Shown here in pieces: positions 1 to 9,642 of a DNA stretch of 64,000 nucleotides. Below the pieces are notes generated by a model. That model made no database searches. It saw only the letters and a list, made by a program, of their open reading frames with translations, and had not been told where the DNA came from. Numbering within the stretch: the stretch's first letter is position 1; every line of letters starts with the position of its first letter. Source of the stretch: Candidatus Bathyarchaeia archaeon. Lineage in GTDB: Archaea > Thermoproteota > Bathyarchaeia > 40CM-2-53-6. The translations under genes were made by a program, and so were the position numbers. The DNA is taken from the NCBI GenBank assembly GCA_049513715.1, contig JBEKVV010000007.1, positions 1 through 64,000 on the forward strand, given 5' to 3'.

Positions 1-352
1 AGATGCTTAGGTCTGGAATCTTGAGCGACTTGGCGATCGGCTCCTCTTGGCTAACCGGATTCAGCCCTCCGGTCTGTACAGCCAGGCTATCCAGGATTTG
101 GAAGAACCCATCGCCTTGGAGTTTTGTAAGATCTAATCCGAGCTTTTTCAAGTCATGTTCTACGTCGGCGGGAGGGTGCTGGAATGTATGGTACAACGCC
201 TTGTGGCCGCTTCTTAGTGCTTGGGCTGCTAACGTTAGGGAAGCTTCGTACCATGCGGAGTCTGGCTCGAATTCTACAAGTAAATTCGTGCCAAATTCAA
301 CGCCATCTGGAAGAATCCGTTCAAAGATGGGGAGGAACAGATTTGTCAGCAA
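1..352 (-). CDS. KaiC/RAD55-like ATPase-fold protein lacking Walker A (partial, runs off the window start)
   Basis: Not in the ORF track. Read manually from TTG at 352: MLTNLFLPIFERILPDGVEFGTNLLVEFEPDSAWYEAS...KSLKIPDLSI. Paralogous to 2509..3210 (GSNILVEFDPASQW...SLKVADLSI). Confidence 0.75.
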   Translation of the reverse strand, partial: MLTNLFLPIFERILPDGVEFGTNLLVEFEPDSAWYEASLTLAAQALRSGHKALYHTFQHPPADVEHDLKKLGLDLTKLQGDGFFQILDSLAVQTGGLNPVSQEEPIAKSLKIPDLSI

Positions 353-420
353 ATCGCTTATCCAGTATCTAAGAAACCTGAGTAGCTTGAATTTCTGTCT
401 TCCGATTACGCATCCCAGTT

Positions 421-452
421 GTGTGTGTGGTACTGATGGTGCGCACACACAC
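421..452 (-). repeat. Family A site, full inverted-arm copy
   Basis: Reverse complement GTGTGTGTG-CGCACCA-TCAGTAC-CACACACAC, matching the copies at 1885, 3810 and 32982. Confidence 0.85.
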
Positions 453-458
453 TAAAAC

Positions 459-502
459 GGCGGTTCAAATTCCGCTGCTCGCACCACTAGACCCACACAC
501 AC
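459..502 (+). repeat. Family A hybrid site: tRNA 3'-end-like segment plus right arm
   Basis: GGCGGTTCAAATTCCGCTGCT-CGCACCA-CTAGACC-CACACACAC; T-loop-like GGTTCAAAT and a CCA end. Confidence 0.75.
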
Positions 503-526
503 TTTCAAACGACGAACGACGACGGT

Positions 527-859
527 TCAAATTGTGCGTGACAACTTCTGACGAACCAACGCGCAGACTTCGTCATTCGATGCTTTTCGTAGGTCAATGT
601 ACCCGACTGTGGACGGTAATCCAGGTATCTCCGTATCATCCAAGCGGAGAGGCAGGATGTATTCTCTCCTCTCCTTTGCTCTCGCTTGAGCGTTCCTGCG
701 CTCATGATTTGTCCACAATCTCTCCGCGTAGTGCTTCCAAACCAACATCACACAATACTCCGCCGCATCTTTGTACACCCATGCTAGGTGTTCGTACAAG
801 TTCTTCCCCCAAAGCTCCGCCATTTCGTACCTATGATAGAACACGCGCACCCCATGCAT
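527..859 (-). pseudogene. TIR-domain protein, N-terminally degraded
   Basis: GVRVFY...LWGKNL...WTNHERRNAQARA...YILPLRLDDTEIPGL...GYID is typical TIR_2. The first strand (YDVALSFAGEDR-like) is not recognisable upstream. Confidence 0.7.
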
Positions 860-987
860 CCTAAGGCATGCAGCGAGACGGCTGTCAGCTTGGTGGGCGA
901 CGCCACAGCATACATCAGAGTCATTCGGACATTAAGAAGGCAGTAGCTTCATTGTCCACTGTCCTATGTGGGCCGGGATGGTTACTG

Positions 988-1003
988 TGGTGCGCACCCA
1001 CAC
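988..1003 (-). repeat. Family A half site (left arm plus core)
   Basis: Reverse complement GTGTGGGTG-CGCACCA, then diverges. Confidence 0.55.
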
Positions 1004-1120
1004 TTGGTTAGGCATCGGCGGTTCGGGATTCAGATTTTCATTGCCCGCATACCTGAATGGAAAATGTGAAATCGTAGTGAACCATTACTTGTAGCAATCA
1101 TCAAGCTGGTGAGCTGAGTT

Positions 1121-1828
1121 ATGGGAACCAAGGAAAGTCTAGAAACCAAGGAAGAAAAAGTGGAAGGCGAAGTGAAGGAAGTTAATGTAAACTACTATTC
1201 CGATCAGACGGCAGATACCCGGATTCTAACAGATAAGGACGAAATCTGGTTTAACGCAGTTGCGCCCGTCGCAGTAAAAGATAGGGTGACAGCTAGCGGG
1301 AAACGAGAGAAACTCAGCCACATTTTCGAACAAAGCCACACGAAATCAATCGTCGATGAAATAGCACGGATTAAGAGTCCAAGTATCCGACAGCTATACA
1401 CAAATCTGGACAGACTAGTATTGAGCGCTAACGAGATTTTTGACGAGAAGACAGGGGCAACGTACTCTATCCCCTACCAAGTGGAATTGCATTGGGATCT
1501 GAAACTGGCGAAACTGAGGCTTTTCTATCCGGGACTCGCTTTCGCGGGTGCAGTGATTCTGAATCTGTTTGCAGCCTGGTTGATTGGCTTTAGCGTTGAT
1601 AAGTTTTTTTCGGCATTCGCAGCTAGTTTTATTCTGGTTTCACTGATCAGTCTAGTCGGAGACCAAGAAATCTTGAATAGACTTGCTAAGGTTTCTAAAA
1701 TCGACCGGCATAACGCTGGCAATAAGAGTGCTCTGAAGGATGGCAAGTCAATCAACCTAGTTCTTACAGCCGTGCTCAGTCTTGCTGCAGCAATCATCAA
1801 CATCTTCCACATCGTCATCCACATCTGA
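1121..1828 (+). CDS. Hypothetical membrane protein (about 3 C-terminal TM segments)
   Basis: 235-aa ORF with hydrophobic C-terminal helices; lies between family A sites. Confidence 0.65.
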   Translation: MGTKESLETKEEKVEGEVKEVNVNYYSDQTADTRILTDKDEIWFNAVAPVAVKDRVTASGKREKLSHIFEQSHTKSIVDEIARIKSPSIRQLYTNLDRLVLSANEIFDEKTGATYSIPYQVELHWDLKLAKLRLFYPGLAFAGAVILNLFAAWLIGFSVDKFFSAFAASFILVSLISLVGDQEILNRLAKVSKIDRHNAGNKSALKDGKSINLVLTAVLSLAAAIINIFHIVIHI

Positions 1829-1884
1829 CCAGGAACCAAAGTCCCACGAGCATCACAATTTGAACCACAGGTTCAGGTGTTTTC

Positions 1885-1917
1885 GTGTGTGTGTGCGCAC
1901 TATTGGACCCACACACA
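1885..1917 (+). repeat. Family A site, full copy
   Basis: GTGTGTGTGTG-CGCACTA-TTGGACC-CACACACA, preceded by AATTTGAACC at 1857 and by GTTTTC. Confidence 0.8.
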
Positions 1918-1954
1918 GACTTTCATTTAAGCGGGAGGTTGGCTATCATTGACT

Positions 1955-2317
1955 ATGACTAACCAACTATCGAAAGCCAAATTCATTAGTCTTGAGACAT
2001 ACAAGAGAAACGGCGAAGCAGTTAGGACTCCCGTTTGGTTTGTAGAGGAAAGCGGCTTGCTTTATTTTCATTCGCCGGCAAAATCTTGGAAGGTGAAGAG
2101 GCTTCAAAGGAATCCTGTCGTTCGTTTAGCACCTTGTGCAAGATTCGGCAGAATAGAGGGGGACTGGCTCAAAGGAAAAGCTACTCGGATCGATGGAGAG
2201 GATGGCAAAAGAATCGTCAAGCTGGTAAACTCTAAGCAGGCGCTAGGAGATAGAATTATTGGGTTTTTCGAGAAGAAGAATAGAGTTGCTTTCTCAATCA
2301 AGTTGGATGCTAATTGA
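1955..2317 (+). CDS. PPOX-class F420-dependent oxidoreductase (pyridoxamine 5'-phosphate oxidase family)
   Basis: FISLETYKRNGEAVRTPVWF...KVKRLQRNPVVRLAPC motif. Confidence 0.85.
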   Translation: MTNQLSKAKFISLETYKRNGEAVRTPVWFVEESGLLYFHSPAKSWKVKRLQRNPVVRLAPCARFGRIEGDWLKGKATRIDGEDGKRIVKLVNSKQALGDRIIGFFEKKNRVAFSIKLDAN

Positions 2318-2421
2318 GCCATCAAAAAGAAATTCCGTAAGAGGAGAGACGCAAAGTTCTGTTAAGCAAACTTGAGACGATGGAAGCCGACTAGACATAA
2401 TCCATTTCTACGTATTTCCAT

Positions 2422-2469
2422 CGGTTCAAATTACGACGCCCGCACCACTGATATCACACGCACGAAAAC
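2422..2469 (+). repeat. Family A hybrid site: tRNA 3'-end-like segment plus right arm
   Basis: CGGTTCAAATTACGACGCC-CGCACCA-CTGATAT-CACACGCAC-GAAAAC. Confidence 0.75.
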
Positions 2470-2508
2470 TACAAATCTGCTAGAACAGAGGATTCTCGTG
2501 TGTTCTGA

Positions 2509-3210
2509 TTGCCGAGGATTCCGTTAATCGAAGACTTGACTAAGGGACCTGTTCCTCCGGGGTCCAATATTCTTGTTGAATTTGATCCTGCATCGCAATG
2601 GCATAATGCATCGGTCGCTGTTGCAGCCGGCTGGTTGAGAACTGGCGGAAGCGTTAGTTATCTTGCGTTCTCCCGGCCACCAGATAATGTCCGTTCTCAA
2701 CTCCGACAACTTGGACTTGACACTGAGGAGCTCGAACGGACCGATCGGTTATGGACTACCGATGTATACAGCGCGTCGATAGGACAGAAATCCAAAGAAA
2801 GGTTCGCCGTTGAGTCGCTAAAGGTCGCGGACCTGAGCATTTGGGTAGCAAGGGAGGCGATGGCTGATTCACCTGCCCCTGAATTTCTCATAATAGATGA
2901 TAACAATTCGGTTCTCGATAGATTTAACCCCGAGAGGAATTGGGTCGAATTCCTCCTATCGAGACCTATCCCGATGACCAAACGAAGGCAAATGACTAAT
3001 CTCCATGGCATCATCGGGGGAATTCACAGCAACTGGGCGTACAAACAACTCGAGGCTGCGGTTGAGGGTATCATCGATTTCAAGGTTGATGAAGTAAACG
3101 GAGAACGCAGAACTTTCGTTGGGATCCGAGGCATGCTGAATGTTTGTTTCGATTCGCGATGGCACCCATTGAAGATCGGAGAAGACTTTGAGATTACTCT
3201 GGAGAAGTAA
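2509..3210 (+). CDS. KaiC/RAD55-family ATPase-fold protein, degenerate P-loop
   Basis: IPLIEDLTKGPVPPGSNILVEFDPAS...EAAVEGIIDFK...GIRGM; KaiC-like layout without GKT. Confidence 0.75.
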   Translation: MPRIPLIEDLTKGPVPPGSNILVEFDPASQWHNASVAVAAGWLRTGGSVSYLAFSRPPDNVRSQLRQLGLDTEELERTDRLWTTDVYSASIGQKSKERFAVESLKVADLSIWVAREAMADSPAPEFLIIDDNNSVLDRFNPERNWVEFLLSRPIPMTKRRQMTNLHGIIGGIHSNWAYKQLEAAVEGIIDFKVDEVNGERRTFVGIRGMLNVCFDSRWHPLKIGEDFEITLEK

Positions 3211-3306
3211 GGAAGCGAAAACTGCAACTCGTACACGTACGAAACCTGCCTGCTGTAAAAGCGTCAGATACATATAGTGCTGAACTTGATTAGGGCGGGA
3301 TGCATC

Positions 3307-3600
3307 ATGTCTATTGTCATGATAATGAATTGGAAAGGCCTCACCCGCGAACAGTATGAGGCCATGAGGAAACCCATCAACTGGGAAGGAAACGTACCCA
3401 AAGGGCTGCGATTCCACGTAGCGGCGTTCGACGCGAACGGGGCACACGTCACCGATATCTGGGACACCGCCGATAACTTCAACGACTTCGTCAAGAGCAG
3501 GCTTATGCCAGGCGTGAAACAGCTCGGGTTTAAAGGCGAACCTCAGGTAGAAATCTACCCAACCCACGCCATCTTCACACCCGCCTACAACCCAAAGTAA
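3307..3600 (+). CDS. Small hypothetical protein (dimeric alpha-beta barrel-like)
   Basis: TREQYEAM...GLRFHVA...VTDIWDTADNF...RLMP pattern. Confidence 0.7.
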   Translation: MSIVMIMNWKGLTREQYEAMRKPINWEGNVPKGLRFHVAAFDANGAHVTDIWDTADNFNDFVKSRLMPGVKQLGFKGEPQVEIYPTHAIFTPAYNPK

Positions 3601-3809
3601 GACCCCGAAGCTTCAGTGGGCGCCGCTAGCGTCAAGCTAGTGGTCCTTCCGGGCGTACAGCTTCTGGCATCTCCTGAGATATCCAGAATATCCAATAGGA
3701 TTACCAGTTATCGTACTCTTCATGGTAATCGCACGGGGTTAATCAAACGCTGAACCACAAAATGTCTAAACTGAATCGATTCTTAGACAGTTGTGACGGT
3801 TCCGTTTTC

Positions 3810-3843
3810 GTGTGTGTGTGCGCACCACTGGTATCACACACAC
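3810..3843 (+). repeat. Family A site, full copy
   Basis: GTGTGTGTGTG-CGCACCA-CTGGTAT-CACACACAC, preceded by CCGTTTTC. Confidence 0.85.
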
Positions 3844-3948
3844 CTTAAGCCCCACCCCAACAAAGACCCCGAACCCCAGCAGAACAAAGCGATATGGAAC
3901 CAGGCTGGAAGCAATGCCGACTTCAAAAAGCAGTCCAGTAAGAGCAGA

Positions 3949-4287
3949 ATGCCTGCACTCTTGCTGGGAATCCTCACCAGTGTCTTGGCGGTCGGTGCAT
4001 TACTGATTGCGGAGGCTGATCCCTCTGGAATGTCCAGCCACTATCTTTCAGTATCTACTTTGTGGGCATTGAATGGTTGGTGTTGGGTGACGGTGTTGCT
4101 TGGTTTTGGGCGGAAGCATCTCTCATTGAATCACAAATTCCTGCAGCGGTCAAATGAATTCGTGTTGCCATTCTATATTCTTCACCAATCCGTCATTGTC
4201 GCAATCGCCTTCTACGTTGGCGGCATGGCTCGGAACATTCGATCGAAGTCCCGGCAATCGCGGGTGTCAAGAATGACACGCGCATGA
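3949..4287 (+). pseudogene. Fragment of acyltransferase-3 (OpgC-like) membrane protein
   Basis: WCWVTVLLGFGRKHL...LQRSNEFVLPFYILHQSVIVAIAFYV is the C-terminal part only. Confidence 0.6.
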
Positions 4288-4742
4288 GATTTGTTGGCTG
4301 GACCGGCTCTGTCTCTTCAGATTCGCCGGCGACTGCAATCGTCGCTAACGGGCCTACGTCGATCACAGGGATGTGGAAGCACCAATACCTCTTGACTGTC
4401 AAGTCAGAATTTGGATTTGTAAATGGTACAGGGTGGTACGACGAAGGGTCCACCGCTAGGATCTCCGTCGTCCCAAGTTCAATTTCGTCCTTTCCATTAC
4501 TTGTTCAGCAAGTATTCTATAGGTGGGACAGTCCTAGCGTGTCTTCTGCAACTTCTTCAGTTACGGATGTCGTTGTGACTGGCCCTTCTGTAATCACTGC
4601 CGAATGGGCGACGTCCTATCAAGAAACGGCCTTGATACTTGGTGTAATTGCCGTTTTCGCTCTGCTAGGATCGATGATCATCATTCGGAAAAGGCGTAAG
4701 TTGGAAGCCCTAAGAAATGGAATGACTAGGCGACTGCCTTAG
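4284..4742 (+). pseudogene. C-terminal fragment of a membrane-anchored surface protein
   Basis: QYLLTVKSEFG..NGTGWYDEGSTA domain plus TM and RKRRK tail, as in 7051..8367 and 8395..9519; no signal peptide. Confidence 0.6.
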
Positions 4743-4807
4743 GAATGGGGACCTTTCTTACAGGAAGAGTAACTTCGTCCTCACAAACCGCTGAACTCAG
4801 GTGTACC

Positions 4808-4878
4808 ATATGTAGCGGTAAGTTCGGGTCAAAATCCAAATCTAAATTGGGGTTGAAATCCCCTGCCCCACCTCTGAA
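4808..4878 (+). repeat. Family B direct repeat, copy 1 (internally duplicated, degenerate)
   Basis: ATATGTAGCGGTAAGTTCGGGTCAAAATCC...TAAATTGGGGTTGAAATCCCCTGCCCCACCTCTGAA. Confidence 0.8.
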
Positions 4879-4909
4879 TTCAATCTACATGTTTGCGCTT
4901 GTTGCAAAT

Positions 4910-5128
4910 TCAACTCTGGGTCTTATGCCTGAGGATCAAAAATAGAGCCGCACAGGCTCCGCCCACTAAAACCAGTACGACATACAACTGCCAGTCTACT
5001 GATGTTGGATTTTGAATTTAGCTTGCTGTAGTTGCACTTCTTGTTGATGCAATACACGAAGGAGTTGTTGTTGCCGTTGTAGTTGGAACTGAGGTTGTAG
5101 TGGTCATTGCTTGGGGGAGCAATATCAT
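4910..5128 (-). pseudogene. Remnant of a surface-protein C-terminus (Thr-rich linker, TM, basic tail) with an internal stop
   Basis: MILLPQAMTTTTSVPTTTATTTPSC...TAS*IQNPTSVDWQLYVVLVLVGGACAALFLILRHKTQS*. Confidence 0.5.
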
Positions 5129-5230
5129 GATTTAGCGGTTTCGGATACGTTCACCTAATACTCAGTACCTACCAAAAAACCTCAAACAAGTTATGACTAA
5201 TGAAAACCCACGCATGCCCTTTCGCGGGTC

Positions 5231-5268
5231 TATGTACCGGTAAATTGGTGCTGAAATCCCCTGAGCCC
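5231..5268 (+). repeat. Family B direct repeat, copy 2 (3'-degenerate)
   Basis: TATGTACCGGTAAATTGGTGCTGAAATCCCCTGAGCCC. Confidence 0.8.
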
Positions 5269-5330
5269 TTCGTGAGTTATCGAGAACGATGATGGGAGAA
5301 GGTAATCATGCTTATCAACGGTAGAATAGA

Positions 5331-5364
5331 ACAGTCGTAATGAGTAAACAGTCGTAATGAGTAA
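5331..5364. repeat. 17-bp tandem duplication
   Basis: ACAGTCGTAATGAGTAA occurs twice in tandem, just upstream of the MBL gene. Confidence 0.85.
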
Positions 5365-5379
5365 AAAGCTGGGCGAATC

Positions 5380-6774
5380 TTGAAGATTCGATTTCTGGGC
5401 GCAACGCATCAGGTAACCGGGTCAAGCTACCTTGTAGACGTGGCGGGCTTGAAGATCCTGGTGGATTGTGGATTGTTTCAGGAGCGGCACTATTCGTGCA
5501 GGAACTGGGAGGCCTTCCAGGTTCCCCCGTACCAGGTTGATTATCTCCTCCTAACGCACGTCCACTTGGATCATTCGGGGCTTATCCCCAAACTCTTGAG
5601 GGAGGGATTCGGTGGGGCCATTCTGTTGACGGCTCCGTCGAAGGAGATGCTTCCCATCGTGCTACTGGATTCTGCTAGGATCCAAGAGGAAGATGCGGCT
5701 TTCAAGAAGAGTCGTCACGAAAGAGAAAACCGGACTGGGCCGTTTCCGGAGATTCCTCTTTACACGGTAGAGGATGCTAGGGACTGTTTTCCGCTCCTCA
5801 AACCAGTCCCGTACAGAGAATATGTTCCGCTGAATGAACATGTGAAGGTCTGCTTCCATGATGCTGGACATATTCTTGGCTCAGCGATGATTGAGATGGA
5901 GATTCAGGACGAGAGAGGGGCGCGGAACATGGTTTTTTCGGGTGATATTGGCCAATGGAACAAGCCGCTTCTCAACGACCCTTCGGTTTTTGATCGTGCG
6001 GATTACGTTATCATGGAGTCAACTTACGGGAACCGCAACCATGACAATACACAGGATGTGGAAGAGAAGCTCTCCAGGGTAATCAACGATACGGTGGGTG
6101 CGGGTGGGAATGTAGTTATTCCAACCTTCGCCATCGAACGCGCCCAGGAACTACTGTACCACTTCAACTATCTGGCGCGTGCGAAACGGATCCCCTACGT
6201 TCCGATTATTCTTGACAGTCCCATGGCCGTCGAAATTACGAAAGTCTTCGAACATTACGAGAAGTATCTGGATGATGAAACACGGAAACTCTTCGAGGAT
6301 GGTCAGTCCCCGTTTGACTTTCCAGGCCTGAGACTCATCGAGTCCGCTGAAGCTTCTAGGGGGATCAACACGACCGGAGGGTCAACGGTCATCATGGCAG
6401 GCTCGGGGATGATCACTGGTGGACGCATCAAGCATCACCTAGTCAGCAATATTGCTCGTCCGGAATCCACGCTGCTCTTCGTTGGCTACCAGGCGGTTGG
6501 TACGTTGGGGCGCGAAATCCTCGAAGGGGCATCACCGGTCAGGATACTAGGACAATCCTATCCCGTCAAGATGAGGATCGAAAGGATCGACGCCTTCTCC
6601 GCGCACGCCGGCATGAACGACCTTATCCGCTGGATAGACAATTTCAAATCACCGCCTAAGCGTGTTTTCCTGACCCACGGCGAAGACGACTCGATCCTAC
6701 GCATGAGCGACTATGTCCATTCGAAGGGTTGGGAAGTGAGCGCTCCTACATACGGGGAGGAATTTGACTTATGA
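5380..6774 (+). CDS. MBL-fold beta-CASP ribonuclease (CPSF/YSH1-like)
   Basis: LTHVHLDHSG, AGHILGSA, FSGD, MESTYG, FSAHA, THGE motifs. Confidence 0.92.
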   Translation: MKIRFLGATHQVTGSSYLVDVAGLKILVDCGLFQERHYSCRNWEAFQVPPYQVDYLLLTHVHLDHSGLIPKLLREGFGGAILLTAPSKEMLPIVLLDSARIQEEDAAFKKSRHERENRTGPFPEIPLYTVEDARDCFPLLKPVPYREYVPLNEHVKVCFHDAGHILGSAMIEMEIQDERGARNMVFSGDIGQWNKPLLNDPSVFDRADYVIMESTYGNRNHDNTQDVEEKLSRVINDTVGAGGNVVIPTFAIERAQELLYHFNYLARAKRIPYVPIILDSPMAVEITKVFEHYEKYLDDETRKLFEDGQSPFDFPGLRLIESAEASRGINTTGGSTVIMAGSGMITGGRIKHHLVSNIARPESTLLFVGYQAVGTLGREILEGASPVRILGQSYPVKMRIERIDAFSAHAGMNDLIRWIDNFKSPPKRVFLTHGEDDSILRMSDYVHSKGWEVSAPTYGEEFDL

Positions 6775-6826
6775 CAACTTTCATACGACAAATGAAAATG
6801 TCCGAAAGAACAAATTACACTTGCTG

Positions 6827-6873
6827 ATATGTACCGGTAAATTGGGGTTGAAAACCCCTGCCCCATCTCTGAA
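6827..6873 (+). repeat. Family B direct repeat, copy 3
   Basis: ATATGTACCGGTAAATTGGGGTTGAAAACCCCTGCCCCATCTCTGAA. Confidence 0.9.
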
Positions 6874-7050
6874 GCGAAAGGATACAACTTAGCAGATTTC
6901 GATCAGGTGTGCGTAAAGATTCGGGTTCACAACCTGAATGATTCTGAAGAGTCAGAAAACAAAAAGAGGACTCAAAATGATCCCAAACATCACAAACAGG
7001 AGAGAACGACAGTAGTGGTCTTGTCAATCGACATGGAAACTGCTAAGTAA

Positions 7051-8367
7051 TTGCTTCCGAGCCTATCACCTATGGGTCGTTGCAGGGTTCTTGCGTTAAC
7101 ATGCCTCATGATGACGCTGGTTCTTCCATTTGGTTCGACCGTTGCAAAATCTGGGGCATCAGCGGGGCAGATTAATGCCTCGACTCAGAGCAGCTCCGGC
7201 CGCTGCCATACGTTCTCAACCGTTCTGGGATGTGGGATCTTCCCGAGCGATGACACATTCACAGATAACCTCTTGCCAACAGAGATTATGGAGGAAGAAG
7301 CTAGTTCCGTCCTTATTGTCCAGAATACGCCAAGTGTTCCGGTCTCTAGGAATTATGCGTTCTTGAGGTTTAACCTCACAAGTGTGCTTCCGCAAGCCAT
7401 CTTGACGTCTCACGCTAAGCCTTTCAATGCATCGCTTTGGTTGTACTCTCGGTATGTCAACGGTTTCCAGAACGCAAGCGTTAGCGTCTATCGTGTTCCC
7501 ACCAATGATTGGAACGAGTCTGCGCTAACGTGGGACAACATGCCATCCATCGACATGAGTCATTTTGAAACACAGCAAATTACCACAGCCAATGCTTGGT
7601 ATCGTTGGAACATTACGGATGATGTGGGCAGTTCGCTACAAACCGGTGGGACGGTCTCTTTTGCGTTAATCGCTGGCGACACATCGTGGAAGAACTATGC
7701 GTGGTTTGACTCAAAGGAACACCCACAAAATGTTACCACAACTCCTGAGCTTGATATGTACTTCCGCGAACCAACATTGACATTAATTGCACCCTTCCCT
7801 CACCTTTCGGTAACAGTAGACAACAGAACGCTAGAGACCGACGCTAATGGAACACTGCAGGCGACTCTTCTATGGGGAGTACACCATGTCTCTGCTCCTC
7901 AAGTAATCGCTGAGGGGAATGGTGTGAGGGAGTTTCTCATTAGTTGGAGTGACAATGTCAGCTCATCAGTGCGCGAAATCAACATCGGCAGTAATCAGAC
8001 AATTGGAATTAACTACCGACGTCAATACCACCTCAACGTAACATCGCCCTACGCTACAACTGGCGGCTCTGGGTGGTACTTCGTAGGTGAAACAGCAAAC
8101 GCGACAGTTCAACCCACAGTCTTCTTCCATGAAGGCCTCCTTGGTTTTCTGGGTGTTCGTCGAGTGTTTGACCGCTGGGCCGGGGACTGCTCTTCGAGCC
8201 AGCCTGAATGTGTGCTTACTATGACTGGTCCAATGCAGACGACAGCGACCTGGAAAGACGACTATGCCATAACTGTCGTCATCTTCGCCGTGGTCGCCAT
8301 TGGAGCAGCTTTAGCGATGCTAAACCGGAAGAAGTTAGGAAAGCGAAGGCAGCGCAGCTCCAAGTAA
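7051..8367 (+). CDS. Secreted, C-terminally anchored protein with a DNRLRE/CBM96-like domain
   Basis: Signal peptide; YAFLRFNL, WNESALTWDNMP, FDSKE...PEL; QYHLNVTSPY..GSGWY domain; TM plus basic tail. Confidence 0.75.
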   Translation: MLPSLSPMGRCRVLALTCLMMTLVLPFGSTVAKSGASAGQINASTQSSSGRCHTFSTVLGCGIFPSDDTFTDNLLPTEIMEEEASSVLIVQNTPSVPVSRNYAFLRFNLTSVLPQAILTSHAKPFNASLWLYSRYVNGFQNASVSVYRVPTNDWNESALTWDNMPSIDMSHFETQQITTANAWYRWNITDDVGSSLQTGGTVSFALIAGDTSWKNYAWFDSKEHPQNVTTTPELDMYFREPTLTLIAPFPHLSVTVDNRTLETDANGTLQATLLWGVHHVSAPQVIAEGNGVREFLISWSDNVSSSVREINIGSNQTIGINYRRQYHLNVTSPYATTGGSGWYFVGETANATVQPTVFFHEGLLGFLGVRRVFDRWAGDCSSSQPECVLTMTGPMQTTATWKDDYAITVVIFAVVAIGAALAMLNRKKLGKRRQRSSK

Positions 8368-8394
8368 GATCACGCCACCCCTAACATTCCAACC

Positions 8395-9519
8395 CTAGCT
8401 TCTTTCTCTCCCGCCTCGTCTTTTTCTGTGAGTTGCTCGCTTCTTTCTGTCCCCGGCTACTCGCCGTCTGGGCGTCTGTCGTTTTCTGAAGCGAACAATT
8501 GTGAGAATTGCAGCTGCGGAAACGAGTCCAATGATGGTCATAGGAAACGCGTAGTCTCCATGCCAATGCGTCACGAGTGCGTGGGCGGTATTCATTGTTA
8601 CTGAACCATCTTTTGTGATGGTGAGCAGTGTACCGTTTTCATACCAGCCTTGGAACTTCCACACGCCTCTAAGAATTCCGAGGAAGCCTGACATGGGTTC
8701 TTCAACAGAGGGGACGGAGAACGATGCTGTGGTTCCCTGATCATACCATCCCGTTCCTGTTGCGTTGACCGGATAGCCACTCACAGCAAGCAAGTATTGT
8801 GCCGTGTAATTGGCCGCCAGAATTACGTCATGGTTCAGTAGAACGGTTCTGTTAGGTTGATTGACGCCGTCCGACCACGCCTCAAACTTTAGTCTCGTAG
8901 TGTTGTCGATTTGGACCGTGTCCGGTACGGAGACTCGGTGCGTGCCTACGACAAGTTTCAAACGTACACTTCCCGCCGGTTGAATCTCACTGTCCACAGT
9001 AACTCGGACATTGCTTGGAACGTTCAATTGCAGTGTCAGGGCGCTGGTCAACCTTATTGTGAACTCGAAATCGGTTAGCGACGATTGAATTTGTTTTGTG
9101 TTATTGTCGAAGAGACCAGCGACAAGGGCCAAGTTCATGATCGGTTGCGGTTGACTGAGAGAGAAGCTGGCATATTCACTACCAGAAGTCTTGGTCAGTC
9201 GAACTATGCACCCTGCGTAGCCGTAACCAAGGGCGCAGACACCCGGCAGAGCGCTGCCTGAACCCGCTACCAAATTCCCAGTTGTTAAGTCGAATATTCC
9301 GACGCCAAGATAGTAGCCCGGTTTAGCGTCCGAATACATGACCGTTGCTTTCACACTGAGGGGAGGGTCGGCTGTTCGTTGTTCGAGGTCGAAGACCGCG
9401 TACCTGGGATATTCCACATTCGTGATGTTGGTAGTTTGAGCATGAACTTGGGGAAGCGCGATTGTTCCAATTAAAGAAGCAATTAACAGGAGCTTGAAGA
9501 TCCTTCGGCGTCGATTCAA
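8395..9519 (-). CDS. Membrane-anchored surface protein
   Basis: Signal peptide, FEAWSDG, QYLLAVS...GTGWYDQG domain, C-terminal TM and Arg/Lys tail. Confidence 0.75.
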   Translation of the reverse strand: MNRRRRIFKLLLIASLIGTIALPQVHAQTTNITNVEYPRYAVFDLEQRTADPPLSVKATVMYSDAKPGYYLGVGIFDLTTGNLVAGSGSALPGVCALGYGYAGCIVRLTKTSGSEYASFSLSQPQPIMNLALVAGLFDNNTKQIQSSLTDFEFTIRLTSALTLQLNVPSNVRVTVDSEIQPAGSVRLKLVVGTHRVSVPDTVQIDNTTRLKFEAWSDGVNQPNRTVLLNHDVILAANYTAQYLLAVSGYPVNATGTGWYDQGTTASFSVPSVEEPMSGFLGILRGVWKFQGWYENGTLLTITKDGSVTMNTAHALVTHWHGDYAFPMTIIGLVSAAAILTIVRFRKRQTPRRRVAGDRKKRATHRKRRGGRERS

Positions 9520-9593
9520 ACGAGTTCAGTATGTCATTATGTTTCGTTCCAGAAAGCTGTTTTTCAACTTCTTTACGATTCCCATCAAGGGCC

Positions 9594-9642
9594 TTATATG
9601 TACCGGTAAATTGGGGTCAAAATCCCCTGCCCCATCTCTGAA
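9594..9642 (+). repeat. Family B direct repeat, copy 4
   Basis: TTATATGTACCGGTAAATTGGGGTCAAAATCCCCTGCCCCATCTCTGAA. Confidence 0.9.

Noticed and set aside
3..455. 150-aa plus-strand ORF
   Set aside because: Antisense shadow of the minus-strand KaiC-like gene.
9588..9604. Family B left end as a Xer/dif site
   Set aside because: GGCCTTATATGT resembles one dif arm, but no matching inverted arm is present upstream in the copies examined.
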